Shown here: positions 9,659-19,665 of the stretch, in pieces
How positions within the stretch are numbered: position 1 is the first letter of the stretch
Layout of the letters: the number at the start of each line of letters is the position of its first letter
DNA from: Escherichia coli
GTDB taxonomy: Bacteria; Pseudomonadota; Gammaproteobacteria; Enterobacterales; Enterobacteriaceae
Assembly (NCBI RefSeq): GCF_041248615.1
Contig: NZ_CP158426.1
Reading direction: 5' to 3' (one strand)
DNA: 64,000 nucleotides
Notes under the pieces: model-generated
What the model was told of the DNA's origin: nothing
What the model saw: the letters and a program-made list of their open reading frames with translations, nothing else
Databases searched by the model: none
Translations under genes and position numbers: made by a program

Positions 9659-10273
9659 ATGATTACGATTGAAACTCTTTACGGTGAATGTCATGAGGCT
9701 CACGGGTTAAAAATAAGAAACCAGGTGAATAACCTCTTCCAGAAACATCCCAGAATAACGGCAATACGGGTGGATCTCCATTATCCTCCCGTGATTGACA
9801 ACGGGGATACCATTACCTGTTTTCCTAACCTGAGTCCCGGAGAGATATCTCGTTTCCGTAACTCGCTGAATGCGAAAATTAATGCAGATCAACACCGTAA
9901 AAAACAACAAGGCAAACGCACCTACGCAACGTCGGTTTGTATTATCTGGGCGAAAGAATATACGCAGTCCTTTAAATGTCATTATCACGTCTGCCTTTTT
10001 TTTAACAAAGACGCCTATTACCACCTGGGAGACTATGAGCGCTCTGACACCCTGAGAGGGTTAATTACCGGAGCCTGGTACAGTGCCTTAGGGTTAGAAC
10101 TGGAAGATCACCAGGGACTAGTTCATTTCCCTGCTAATGGACGTTACATCCTGGATATTAACGATCCTGATTTCCCTGAGCAATATCAGCGCTTATTGGC
10201 ACGTCTGGATTATCTGACGAAGCTCGACACTAAAGCATCAGGCCAGCGTAACTTTGGCTACAGCGGTTTTTGA
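9659..10273 (+). CDS. HUH-motif protein (rolling-circle Rep-like / YagK-YfjJ inovirus-Gp2-like family)
   Basis: 204 aa; HUH-type motif CHYHVCLFF and downstream Y-x-x-K (DYLTK); family assignment from memory only. Confidence 0.45.
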   Translation: MITIETLYGECHEAHGLKIRNQVNNLFQKHPRITAIRVDLHYPPVIDNGDTITCFPNLSPGEISRFRNSLNAKINADQHRKKQQGKRTYATSVCIIWAKEYTQSFKCHYHVCLFFNKDAYYHLGDYERSDTLRGLITGAWYSALGLELEDHQGLVHFPANGRYILDINDPDFPEQYQRLLARLDYLTKLDTKASGQRNFGYSGF

Positions 10274-10300
10274 CCTATTGTAACTGTAAGGTGATTTATT

Positions 10301-10867
10301 ATGTATACAGAATCAAACGTTAAGCTTTCCTGTAACGCCCTCTGGCAAAAGTATGTCCTTGCAACTCTGTATCGGGCTGCAGCTACACATCCTAAAATTA
10401 AATTATTACAATTTAAATTAATACCTTGCCCAGGTATGAACAAGGCAATTCCCTCTCTGATGGCTGATTTTACTGGTGAACTGCATAGACTAATTTCTGA
10501 ATATTTGCAGTGCAAGCGACGTAAAGATAAATCTGTTGAGCCCGCCCCTTTATATTATCTCTGGAGTAGGGAAGCTGTGGCTAACGATACCACTCCTTAT
10601 CTTATGGTACTGCTACTTAATAACGATGTCTGGTGTAAGAGTCGTGAGGTGGTGGCTCTCAGAAATCTGATTGAGCAGGCGTGGGGAAAAGTATTGGGTG
10701 AAGATAACTCCATTACACATCTGGTTGTGTATCCTGAAGTGCTGTCGTTGGTATTTGATGCAGCTAACACATACAACGCTGAGCCTGGTGTACTGGAACA
10801 GACGGCCCAGGCTTACATTGAATCGCATGGTGCCATTGAACGTCATCTTGGGTGTAGTGACTTTTAA
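10301..10867 (+). CDS. Hypothetical 188-aa protein, probably co-transcribed with the HUH gene
   Basis: ORF 27 bp downstream of the previous gene with RBS taaggtga. Confidence 0.45.
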   Translation: MYTESNVKLSCNALWQKYVLATLYRAAATHPKIKLLQFKLIPCPGMNKAIPSLMADFTGELHRLISEYLQCKRRKDKSVEPAPLYYLWSREAVANDTTPYLMVLLLNNDVWCKSREVVALRNLIEQAWGKVLGEDNSITHLVVYPEVLSLVFDAANTYNAEPGVLEQTAQAYIESHGAIERHLGCSDF

Positions 10868-10977
10868 CGACGTCAGGTGATGCATAAGGGCCTTTCGCTG
10901 AGAGGCCCTGTTTACACAATTAAATAAGTCGAGCCCGACCAGCAATTTTGACGTTGACGGCAGGATTATTGAGGGGC

Positions 10978-11062
10978 AATCAATGTGTTCTTCGGCAGCG
11001 ATTACGGTAGTGAACGGACCTGCTGTCTGAATGGTATCGATCCGCAAGCGTATCTGCGCCAT
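10978..11062 (+). mobile_element. IS66-family transposase (TnpC) 3' remnant, truncated by IS2
   Basis: In-frame translation FFGSDYGSERTCCLNGIDPQAYLRH resembles the conserved IS66 TnpC C-terminal region; ends at the IS2 boundary. Confidence 0.35.
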
Positions 11063-12151
11063 TGGATTTGCCCCTATATTTCCAGACACCTGTTATCACT
11101 TAACCCATTACTGGCCCGCTGCCGTAGATATTCCCGTGGCGAGCGATAACCCAGTGCACTATGCGGATGCCATTCGTTATAATGCTCGAACGCCTCTGCA
11201 AGGTTCTTTGCTGCCGTTAACCCGTCTGGTTTGGGCATGATACTGATGTAATCACGCTTTATCGTTTTCACGAAGCTCTCTGCTATGCCGTTACTCTCCG
11301 GACTCCGCACCGCCGTGTTCTTCGGTTCAAGTCCCAGCATCCGGGCGAACTGGCGTGTTTCATTAGCCCGGTAGCATGAACCATTATCCGTCAGCCACTC
11401 CACTGGAGATGTCGGAAGCTCGCTGCCGAAGCGGCGTTCCACCGCTCCCAGCATGACGTCCTGTACTGTTTCACTGTCGAAGCCGCCCGTAGTGACCGCC
11501 CAGTGCAGTGCCTCACGGTCACAGCAGTCCAGCGCGAACGTGACCCCCAGTTTTTCTCCGTTATCACAGCGGAACTCGAACCCGTCAGAGCACCATCGTT
11601 GATTGCTTTCTTTCACGGCCACTTTGCCAGTATGTGCCCGTTTCGATGGCGGTACAGCGGTTTTTCGCTCAAGCAACAGCGCATTCTGGCGCATGATCCG
11701 GTAAACACGTTTGGCATTGATAGCAGGCATACCATCAAGTTCGGCCTGTCTGCGAAGCAGCGCCCATACCCGACGATAACCATACGTGGGCAGCTCTCCG
11801 ATAACATGGTGTATACGGAGAAGCACATCCGTATCATCTGAGTGACGGCTGCGGCGACCATCTTTCCAGTCATCGGTTCGTCTGAGAATGACGTGCAACT
11901 GCGCACGCGACACCCGGAGACAACGGCTGACTAAGCTTACTCCCCATCCCCGGGCAACAAGGGAGACCGTCATTCCCGGTTCAAAGCTCTGCTGAACAAT
12001 AGCGATCTTTTCCTGTGTAGTACGCCGTCTGCGTTTCTCCGGCCCTAAGACATCAATCATCTGTTCTCCAATGACTAGTCTAGAAACTAGTATTAAGACT
12101 ATCACTTATTTAAGTGATATTGATTGTCTGGAGATTCAGGGGGCCAGTCTA
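11063..12151 (-). mobile_element. IS2 deletion derivative (about 1.09 kb instead of 1.33 kb)
   Basis: IS2 terminal sequences at both ends (revcomp TAGACTGGCCCCCTGAATCTCCAGACA at 12122..12151; TGGATTTGCCCCTATATTTCCAGACA at 11063); internal deletion of about 240 bp. Confidence 0.85.
11074..12105 (-). CDS. IS2 transposase, in-frame InsC(N-terminal 36 aa)-InsD fusion created by the internal deletion
   Basis: 343-aa ORF: [36 protein letters not shown] joined directly to [18 protein letters not shown]... (InsD). Confidence 0.7.
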   Translation of the reverse strand: MIVLILVSRLVIGEQMIDVLGPEKRRRRTTQEKIAIVQQSFEPGMTVSLVARGWGVSLVSRCLRVSRAQLHVILRRTDDWKDGRRSRHSDDTDVLLRIHHVIGELPTYGYRRVWALLRRQAELDGMPAINAKRVYRIMRQNALLLERKTAVPPSKRAHTGKVAVKESNQRWCSDGFEFRCDNGEKLGVTFALDCCDREALHWAVTTGGFDSETVQDVMLGAVERRFGSELPTSPVEWLTDNGSCYRANETRQFARMLGLEPKNTAVRSPESNGIAESFVKTIKRDYISIMPKPDGLTAAKNLAEAFEHYNEWHPHSALGYRSPREYLRQRASNGLSDNRCLEI

Positions 12152-12485
12152 TATATCAATTAATCATTAGTTTAAAAGCTTGTTCAACTGCATACATCAT
12201 TAGCGTTTAAGCCAGTGAACAGGAAGTTTACTGGCTTAATTACAGTAATATAGTGTATCGCTATGCTCACTGAGTCTTAGATCTCCACCGTCGGTCTAAT
12301 ATTCGCACTCCTGCTAACAACCGGTAATCAAATCGTCCTCCGGTATTGAAAGTTAATACACAAATCAGGATGATGGAGGCTCATACTGGTACAGCGCGAC
12401 CACTTATGCAGGCGTCTCTGTCAGGTTTGTTGCCCGGATCACCCGCATCAGGGACAGGGCTGTTCAGTTATCCGCAGGAGAAAAT

Positions 12486-13496
12486 ATGTCACTCAAGGCT
12501 ATCGCCGCCGAACTCGGGATCTCTGTCACCACAGTCAGCCGGGCGCTTGGCGGATTTTCGGACGTTTCCGCTTCGACCCGTGCACGTGTAGAAGCGGAAG
12601 CTCGGCGTCGTGGTTATCGCCCGAATACCCTGGCAAGACGTCTCAAAACCGGTAAAACCGATGCGGTCGGCCTGGTCTTCCCTGAACATGCTGTACTGTT
12701 CAGCAGTAGTGTGTTTGTGGATATGGTCAGTTGTATCAGCCGGGAACTGGCCCGCCATGATATTGACTTACTGCTGATAGCCGATGATGAACGGGCTGAC
12801 AGCCACAGCTATATGCGTCTGGTCGAAAGCCGCCGGGTTGATGCCCTTATCGTGGCGCACACGATGGATAATGACCCGCGTCTTACACACCTGCAGGAGG
12901 CCGGTATTCCGTTTCTGGCACTCGGTCAGGTGCCGTCCGGTCTTCCCTGTGCCTGGTTTGACTTTGATAACCATGCAGGAACCTGGCAGGCCACACAGCA
13001 CCTGATTGCCCTGGGCCATCAGCGAATTGCCCTGCTGAGTGAGGACAACTCCCGTGCCTATGTCACTGCACGACGTCAGGGATGGCGCGATGCCCTGAGT
13101 GAACATGGTCTGCCTGAGACCTGGCTACGCCGGGTCTCTCCCACCCGACGCTCAGGTTTCCAGGCAGTGACTGAGTTAATGTCACTTCCGCTTCCCCCGA
13201 CGGCCATTATTACCGACAGTGACCTGATCGGTGATGGCGCGGCCATGTCGCTGCAGTTATCCGGTCATCTGTCCGGAGAGGATGCCGTCTCTCTTGTGGT
13301 TTATGATGGTCTGCCGCAGGACAGTATTATTGAACAGGATGTGGCTGCAGTTCTTCAGTCAACACGACATCGCGTCGGTCGTCAGATTGCCGACATGATA
13401 CGCCAGCTGGTCACGAATGTTTCACCTGAAATGCTACAAGTACTCTGGCAGCCGGAATTTCATCCTGGCAAGACAACGCTTGCTCCCTCCGCCTGA
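12486..13496 (+). CDS. rafR: LacI-family repressor of the raffinose operon
   Basis: 336 aa; N-terminal HTH MSLKAIAAELGISVTTVSRAL; immediately upstream of alpha-galactosidase/permease/invertase genes. Confidence 0.8.
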   Translation: MSLKAIAAELGISVTTVSRALGGFSDVSASTRARVEAEARRRGYRPNTLARRLKTGKTDAVGLVFPEHAVLFSSSVFVDMVSCISRELARHDIDLLLIADDERADSHSYMRLVESRRVDALIVAHTMDNDPRLTHLQEAGIPFLALGQVPSGLPCAWFDFDNHAGTWQATQHLIALGHQRIALLSEDNSRAYVTARRQGWRDALSEHGLPETWLRRVSPTRRSGFQAVTELMSLPLPPTAIITDSDLIGDGAAMSLQLSGHLSGEDAVSLVVYDGLPQDSIIEQDVAAVLQSTRHRVGRQIADMIRQLVTNVSPEMLQVLWQPEFHPGKTTLAPSA

Positions 13497-13518
13497 TTTT
13501 TAATCCCGCTCACAAATT

Positions 13519-13551
13519 CGAATCGTTTCGGTTGCTATCCGAAACGATTCG
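13519..13551. promoter_or_regulatory. Paired operator-like inverted repeat upstream of rafA (CGAATCGTTTCGG - 7 bp - CCGAAACGATTCG)
   Basis: Perfect 13-bp inverted repeat; each arm is itself a near-palindrome of LacI-family operator type. Confidence 0.45.
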
Positions 13552-13589
13552 GATCAACAGTAAGGCATACCCGAAAACGGAGATGTCTT

Positions 13590-15716
13590 ATGGAACCGAT
13601 GTACCGCAGGCTGACCAGTCCCCACTCAGACCTGATTATTAAAACCCACCCGTATGCAGAGATTGTCTGGTGGGGATCCACCCTGAAACACTTTTCACCG
13701 GATGACTGTATCAGCCTGGAAAGGCCGGTTGCGAATGGTCGTCTGGATACCGACACCCCACTGACGCTGATGGCCGAAAACGGCGCGGGACTTTTTGGCT
13801 CGCCGGGGCTGGAGGGACACCGCAACGGGCTGGATGCGTCCCCTGTGTTCCGTACCATCAGCGTGGTACAGGCCGGAGAATCACTCACCCTGACCAGTGA
13901 GGATGCAGTGGCGGGTCTGCGCATGGTCAGTGAACTGGTGCTGACATCGTCCGGTGTGCTGAAGATGCGTCATGCCCTGACGAACCTCCGTGAAGGGGAC
14001 TGGCAGGTGAACCGCTTCGCCATCACGCTCCCTGTGGCTGAAAGGGCAGAGGAAGTCATGGCCTTCCACGGACGCTGGACTCGTGAGTTTCAGCCGCACA
14101 GGGTCCGTCTCACACATGACGGTTTTGTGCTGGAGAACCGCCGGGGCCGCACGTCCCATGAGCATTTTCCGGCACTGATTGCCGGTGCCCCCGGTTTCTC
14201 AGAACAGCAGGGCGAGGTGTGGGCCGTACATCTGGGCTGGAGTGGCAACCATCGCATGAAATGTGAGGTCAAAACTGACGGACGGCGTTACCTCCAGGCG
14301 GAAGCACTGTGGATGCCCGGAGAAAAAGCCCTGAAGAAGGATGAGACCGTGTACACGCCGTGGCTGTACGCCAGCTATTCCCCGGAGGGGCTCAATGGTA
14401 TGAGTCAGCAGTACCACCGTTTTCTGCGCGATGAAATCATCCGTTTTCCTGAGCAGAAACCCCGTCCGGTGCACCTCAATACCTGGGAAGGTATTTATTT
14501 TGACCACGACCCGAACTACATCATGCAGATGGCCGGACGTGCGGCAGCGCTTGGCGTTGAACGTTTCATTATCGACGACGGCTGGTTTAAGGGACGCAAT
14601 GATGACCATGCGGCTCTGGGCGACTGGTATCTGGATGAACAGAAGTATCCGGACGGACTGATGCCGGTGATTAACCATGTGAAATCACTCGGCATGGAGT
14701 TCGGTATCTGGGTGGAACCGGAAATGATTAACCCGGACTCTGACCTCTTTCGCCGCCATCCTGACTGGGTACTGTCAATGCCGGGGTACACACAACCAAC
14801 CGGGAGACATCAGTATGTTCTCAACCTGAACATTCCTGAGGCCTTTGCTTACATTTATGAACGCTGTTTATGGCTGCTGGGCGAACACCCAGTTGACTAT
14901 GTGAAATGGGACATGAACCGCGAGCTGGTCCAGGCCGGGCATGAAGGTCGGGCGGCGGCGGACGCGCAGACCCGTCAGTTTTACCGGCTGCTGGATCTCC
15001 TGCGCGAACGTTTTCCCCGTGTTGAGTTTGAGTCCTGCGCTTCCGGCGGTGGACGTATCGACTTTGAGGTTCTGACCCGCACGCACCGCTTCTGGGCTTC
15101 TGACAACAATGACGCCCTGGAGCGCTGCACCATACAGCGTGGCATGAGTTACTTTTTCCCGCCGGAGGTTATGGGGGCACACATCGGTCATCATCGCTGC
15201 CATGCCACCTTCCGGCAGCACAGCATTGCCTTTCGCGGTCTGACGGCCCTGTTCGGTCATATGGGACTGGAGCTGGATCCGGTAACGGCCGGAGAAGAGG
15301 AATCCGCCGGTTACCGCCGCTATGCCTCGCTCTACAAAGAATGGCGGCAGCTTATCCACACGGGCACCCTATGGCGGGTGGATATGCCGGATGCGGCGAC
15401 ACAGGTGCAGGGGGTGGTCAGCCCGGATCAGTCGCAGGCGCTCTTCCTGGTGAGCCAGCTTGCCATGCCGGATCACACCCTGCCGGGTGCTCTACGTTTT
15501 CCGGGGCTGGCACCACAGGCCCGTTACCGGCTTCGTGTTGTTGACCATCCGGATATTCAGCTGGTCGGTGAAGGCGGGCATACCATGCGCAGGCTGCCCG
15601 GCTGGATGAACCAGACCTCCGACATCAGTGGGGAATGGCTGGCGCAGGCCGGTATTCAGCTTCCCGTACTGGATCCGGAAAGCGCCATGCTGATTGCCCT
15701 TGAACGTTTGGCATAA
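13590..15716 (+). CDS. rafA: Alpha-galactosidase (GH36)
   Basis: 708 aa; GH36 melibiase-type catalytic region (DDGWF...WVEPEM); raf operon context. Confidence 0.85.
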   Translation: MEPMYRRLTSPHSDLIIKTHPYAEIVWWGSTLKHFSPDDCISLERPVANGRLDTDTPLTLMAENGAGLFGSPGLEGHRNGLDASPVFRTISVVQAGESLTLTSEDAVAGLRMVSELVLTSSGVLKMRHALTNLREGDWQVNRFAITLPVAERAEEVMAFHGRWTREFQPHRVRLTHDGFVLENRRGRTSHEHFPALIAGAPGFSEQQGEVWAVHLGWSGNHRMKCEVKTDGRRYLQAEALWMPGEKALKKDETVYTPWLYASYSPEGLNGMSQQYHRFLRDEIIRFPEQKPRPVHLNTWEGIYFDHDPNYIMQMAGRAAALGVERFIIDDGWFKGRNDDHAALGDWYLDEQKYPDGLMPVINHVKSLGMEFGIWVEPEMINPDSDLFRRHPDWVLSMPGYTQPTGRHQYVLNLNIPEAFAYIYERCLWLLGEHPVDYVKWDMNRELVQAGHEGRAAADAQTRQFYRLLDLLRERFPRVEFESCASGGGRIDFEVLTRTHRFWASDNNDALERCTIQRGMSYFFPPEVMGAHIGHHRCHATFRQHSIAFRGLTALFGHMGLELDPVTAGEEESAGYRRYASLYKEWRQLIHTGTLWRVDMPDAATQVQGVVSPDQSQALFLVSQLAMPDHTLPGALRFPGLAPQARYRLRVVDHPDIQLVGEGGHTMRRLPGWMNQTSDISGEWLAQAGIQLPVLDPESAMLIALERLA

Positions 15717-15755
15717 AAGGACCGGAGCCGGTCACGGCTCCCTGCACTCAGTCCC

Positions 15756-17048
15756 GTGAGGATAACAATAATGAATACTGTCAGTACTCATAAAAACCCC
15801 GATTTCTGGATATTTGGTCTGTTCTTTTTTCTCTACTTTTTCATCATGGCAACCTGTTTCCCGTTTCTGCCCGTCTGGCTGTCAGACATTGTGGGGCTGA
15901 GTAAAACGGATACCGGGATTGTTTTTTCATGCCTCTCCCTGTTTGCCATCAGCTTCCAGCCGCTGCTGGGGGTCATCTCAGACCGTCTTGGCCTGAAAAA
16001 ACACCTGATGTGGATCATCAGCCTGCTGCTGGTCCTGTTTGCACCGTTCTTTCTGTACGTTTTTGCGCCGCTGCTGCGGTTCAACATCTGGGCCGGAGCA
16101 CTGAGCGGCGGGATTTTTATCGGCTTCGTTTTTTCTGCGGGAGCCGGTGCCATCGAAGCCTATATTGAACGTGTCAGCCGCAGCAGCGGATTTGAATACG
16201 GTAAGGCCCGGATGTTCGGCTGTCTGGGCTGGGCGCTGTGTGCCACCACGGCAGGGCTGCTTTTCAACGTGGATCCGTCCCTGGTATTCTGGATGGGGTC
16301 CGGCTGCGCATTGCTGCTGGTCCTTCTGGTGGCGCTGGCGCGTCCCGGAACCAGTCAGACAGCGATGGTCATGAATGCGCTGGGTGCCAACTCGCCCGTG
16401 ATTTCCGCCGGAATGGTGTTCAGTCTGTTTCGTATGCGTCAGATGTGGATGTTCGTGCTTTACATGATTGGGGTGGCCTGCGTCTATGACGTGTTTGACC
16501 AGCAGTTTGCCACGTTCTTCCGTGCATTTTTTGACACGCCGCAGGCGGGGATCCGGGCATTTGGTTTTGCCACCACGGCTGGCGAGATTTGCAATGCCAT
16601 CATCATGTTCTGCTCCCCCTGGATAATCAACCGCATTGGTGCCAAAAACACACTGCTTGTCGCGGGTCTGATTATGACCATCCGCATCACAGGGTCGGCC
16701 TTTGCCACCACGGCTACTGAAGTGGTGATCCTGAAAATGCTGCATGCCCTTGAAGTCCCATTCCTGCTGGTTGGTGCGTTCAAGTATATCACCGGCGTGT
16801 TTGATACCCGGCTGTCGGCCACCATTTATCTGATTGGCTTTCAGTTCTCCAAACAACTGGCGGCGATATTCCTCTCAACCTTTGCAGGTCACCTGTATGA
16901 CCGCATGGGGTTCCAGAACACCTATCTGGTTCTGGGCGGTATTGTCCTTGCGGTCACCGTGTTATCGGCTTTCACCCTGAGCAGTACCCGTAAAACGGCT
17001 GCCCCGTCAGCAGAAACCGCTACAGCACAGACGGAGGTTCGCTTATGA
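15756..17048 (+). CDS. rafB: Raffinose permease, LacY-family oligosaccharide:H+ symporter (true start possibly ATG 15771)
   Basis: 430 aa, LacY-like (FWIFGLFFFLYFFIMATCFPFLPVWL...). Confidence 0.85.
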   Translation: MRITIMNTVSTHKNPDFWIFGLFFFLYFFIMATCFPFLPVWLSDIVGLSKTDTGIVFSCLSLFAISFQPLLGVISDRLGLKKHLMWIISLLLVLFAPFFLYVFAPLLRFNIWAGALSGGIFIGFVFSAGAGAIEAYIERVSRSSGFEYGKARMFGCLGWALCATTAGLLFNVDPSLVFWMGSGCALLLVLLVALARPGTSQTAMVMNALGANSPVISAGMVFSLFRMRQMWMFVLYMIGVACVYDVFDQQFATFFRAFFDTPQAGIRAFGFATTAGEICNAIIMFCSPWIINRIGAKNTLLVAGLIMTIRITGSAFATTATEVVILKMLHALEVPFLLVGAFKYITGVFDTRLSATIYLIGFQFSKQLAAIFLSTFAGHLYDRMGFQNTYLVLGGIVLAVTVLSAFTLSSTRKTAAPSAETATAQTEVRL

Positions 17049-18475
17049 AACAGCGTCTTGCCTCTGCACAGGTTGCACTTGATACACTCCGCGCCCGTCG
17101 TGGTGATACCTGGTACCCGGTTTTTCATCTGGCTCCACCTGCCGGATGGATGAATGATCCGAACGGGCTTATTTATTTCAGCGGTCGCTATCACGCATTC
17201 TTTCAGCACCATCCGGCAAGTGAACATCAGGGGCCGATGCACTGGGGACATGCCACCAGTCCGGACATGCTGCACTGGCAGCATGAGCCGGTTGCGCTGG
17301 CACCCGGTGATGAATATGACCGGGATGGCTGTTTTTCCGGCAGCGCAGTGGACGACAACGGCGTGCTGTCGCTTATCTACACCGGTCATCTCTGTCTGGA
17401 GGATCGGGGGGATGACAGCATCATCCGCGAAGTCCAGTGTCTGGCAACCAGCCGTGACGGCATTCACTTTGAGAAACAGGGCTGCGTGCTGACGCCACCG
17501 GAAGGCATCATGCATTTCCGTGACCCGAAGGTCTGGCGGGAAGGGGGATACTGGTGGATGGTTATCGGCGCGCGGGATACCTCTGACACCGGTCAGGTGC
17601 TGCTGTATCGCGGCACATCCCTGCGGGACTGGCGCCAGGAACGGGTTCTAGCGCAGTCGGCAGCCGGAGAAAGCTATATGTGGGAATGTCCGGACTTTTT
17701 CCGCTGTGGCGACCATCACTGGCTGATGTTCTCCCCGCAGGGGATGACGCCCGGCGGATACCGGTTCCGCAACCGCTTTCAGAGCGGAGTTTTACCGGGT
17801 CACTGGCAGCCGGGGGCCGCCTTTGCCCTGAGCGGGGCATTTGAAGAACTGGATCACGGTCATGATTTTTATGCCCCGCAGTCCCTGGTCGCGGAGGACG
17901 GACGGCGCATCATCATGGCCTGGATGAATATGTGGGACTCCCCGATGCCTACAAAGCGTGAGGCCTGGGCCGGATGTCTGACCCTGCCGAGGGAACTTTT
18001 TGAACGCCATGGTCGTCTGTGTCAGCGTCCGGTTCGCGAAGCCGAATCCCTTCGCGGGACGTGCCAGCCGTTACACCCTGTAAGGCTCAGTGGCACGCAG
18101 TTGCTGGCTGAGGACGCACAGGCCGTGGAACTGGTGCTGACGTGGCATACCCTCGACAGTCAGGCAGAGCATTACGGCATCCACCTGGGAGACGGGCTCC
18201 GGCTGTATGTGGATAACCAGGCAGGACGGCTGGTGCTTTGGCGTCACTACCCGGATGAGGGGCTGGACGGTTACCGCAGTATCGCGCTGCCTGGCGCAGA
18301 ATATCTGACGCTACGGGTTTTCCTGGACCGTTCATCGGTGGAAGTGTTCGTTAACGATGGCGATGCCACCCTGTCCAGCCGTATTTACCCGCAGCCCGGA
18401 ACCCGCCGGTTGTCGCTATATGCAGCTCACGGCGAGGCTGTGCTGACGGACGGCTCACTGTGGACGCTGGCCTGA
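17045..18475 (+). CDS. rafD: Sucrose/raffinose hydrolase (GH32 invertase)
   Basis: 476 aa; GH32 N-terminal motif WMNDPNGL; overlaps rafB stop by 4 bp. Confidence 0.85.
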   Translation: MKQRLASAQVALDTLRARRGDTWYPVFHLAPPAGWMNDPNGLIYFSGRYHAFFQHHPASEHQGPMHWGHATSPDMLHWQHEPVALAPGDEYDRDGCFSGSAVDDNGVLSLIYTGHLCLEDRGDDSIIREVQCLATSRDGIHFEKQGCVLTPPEGIMHFRDPKVWREGGYWWMVIGARDTSDTGQVLLYRGTSLRDWRQERVLAQSAAGESYMWECPDFFRCGDHHWLMFSPQGMTPGGYRFRNRFQSGVLPGHWQPGAAFALSGAFEELDHGHDFYAPQSLVAEDGRRIIMAWMNMWDSPMPTKREAWAGCLTLPRELFERHGRLCQRPVREAESLRGTCQPLHPVRLSGTQLLAEDAQAVELVLTWHTLDSQAEHYGIHLGDGLRLYVDNQAGRLVLWRHYPDEGLDGYRSIALPGAEYLTLRVFLDRSSVEVFVNDGDATLSSRIYPQPGTRRLSLYAAHGEAVLTDGSLWTLA

Positions 18476-18486
18476 AATAATTCCAC

Positions 18487-18512
18487 TGCCGTCGGTGACG
18501 GCAGTACTTTCG
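18487..18512 (+). terminator. Hairpin downstream of rafD
   Basis: ctgccgtc ggtg acggcag followed by a T-containing tract. Confidence 0.4.
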
Positions 18513-18523
18513 GTTCACCCGTA

Positions 18524-19054
18524 ATGAAGGAAAGCACAATGGGATTACTGGGCAGGATTAAACAACTGATAAGTGAAAATGAGAAACCGGCGGAAGTCAC
18601 CCGCGTGATGGCACCGCTGTCCGGTGAAATTGTCCCTCTGGACACGGTTCCGGATGCTGTGTTTGCCGGGAAAATAGTGGGGGATGGTATTGCTATCCGT
18701 CCTTCCGGCGGCGATACCTTGATGGCTCCTGTCAGCGGCACTATCGGTAAAATACTGGAGACAAACCACGCGTTTTCCATCCGCACCGACAGTGGCACTG
18801 AACTGTTCGTGCACTTCGGTATTAACACAGTTGACCTCAGGGGAGAGGGTTTCCGGCGTATTGCCCAGGAAGGCCAGCTGATCAGCACCGGTGACCCCGT
18901 CATCGGGTTTGACCTTGCGTTACTTCAGCAGAAAGCACAGTCCACGCTGACACCGGTGATTGTGGCGGACTCTGACCGTGTCCAGGAGATAACCCTGTTC
19001 TCCGGCCCGGTCATCGCCGGAGAAACACCGGTTTTTGATATCAGCAGCCAGTAA
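18524..19054 (+). CDS. PTS EIIA-Glc (Crr-like) domain protein
   Basis: 176 aa with EIIA-Glc-type sequence (DAVFAGKIVGDGIAI...FVHFGINTVDL). Confidence 0.6.
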   Translation: MKESTMGLLGRIKQLISENEKPAEVTRVMAPLSGEIVPLDTVPDAVFAGKIVGDGIAIRPSGGDTLMAPVSGTIGKILETNHAFSIRTDSGTELFVHFGINTVDLRGEGFRRIAQEGQLISTGDPVIGFDLALLQQKAQSTLTPVIVADSDRVQEITLFSGPVIAGETPVFDISSQ

Positions 19055-19324
19055 GCGCCATGAGTGACAATATCGCCAGCGGGCAGCTGGTATCAGGGAA
19101 AGCCGCACATCTGGCCTGGTGCGGGCTGGTAGCCCTGCATCTGGCCCGCCGGGATGGCCGGATTGCGTCAAAAATCCAGGAAAACCTGTTTCTAAACCGC
19201 TGGCGGAGCACAGCACTGAAACAGCACCGTTTTCCCCGCACATATCAGAGCCCTGCAGAGTGAAAGCGGGGCGAAAGATATCCGCAGCAGGCTGGAGTAT
19301 CTGTGGCAGGCCTGCTCTGGTGAT

Positions 19325-19636
19325 GTGTCGGTACAGACTGACCTGTTCCGCCTGACATTCGCCCTGGAAACCATCAGGGAGCAGGGCTGGTGCTGGCGGA
19401 TACTGAGCGACCGGAAATGGGAGGGGCGTAATGTCGTGGTTCCGAACGGGGATGCCGGCAGCTTTTATCTTTCCCGCTCACGTCTTGAGGCGGCATTTGA
19501 TTATCAGGGGAGGTTGCTGCATCCCCTGACCGGCGATGTGTCTGCCCTCGCTGCCCTGCTCCGGAATGCGGGTTGGTATCCAATTCCAGCCGGAACCACG
19601 GATATGGCGATGTTTGAGCTGTCTGTCATCCGCTGA
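19325..19636 (+). CDS. Hypothetical 103-aa protein
   Basis: ORF only; no motif recognised. Confidence 0.3.
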   Translation: MSVQTDLFRLTFALETIREQGWCWRILSDRKWEGRNVVVPNGDAGSFYLSRSRLEAAFDYQGRLLHPLTGDVSALAALLRNAGWYPIPAGTTDMAMFELSVIR

Positions 19637-19665
19637 ATATGACTGATGAAAATCATGGAGTATGA

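Noticed and set aside
13535-15359. Minus-strand ORFs overlapping rafR and rafA (13535..13924, 14199..14678, 14868..15359)
   Set aside because: Antisense to confidently assigned genes in GC-rich DNA.
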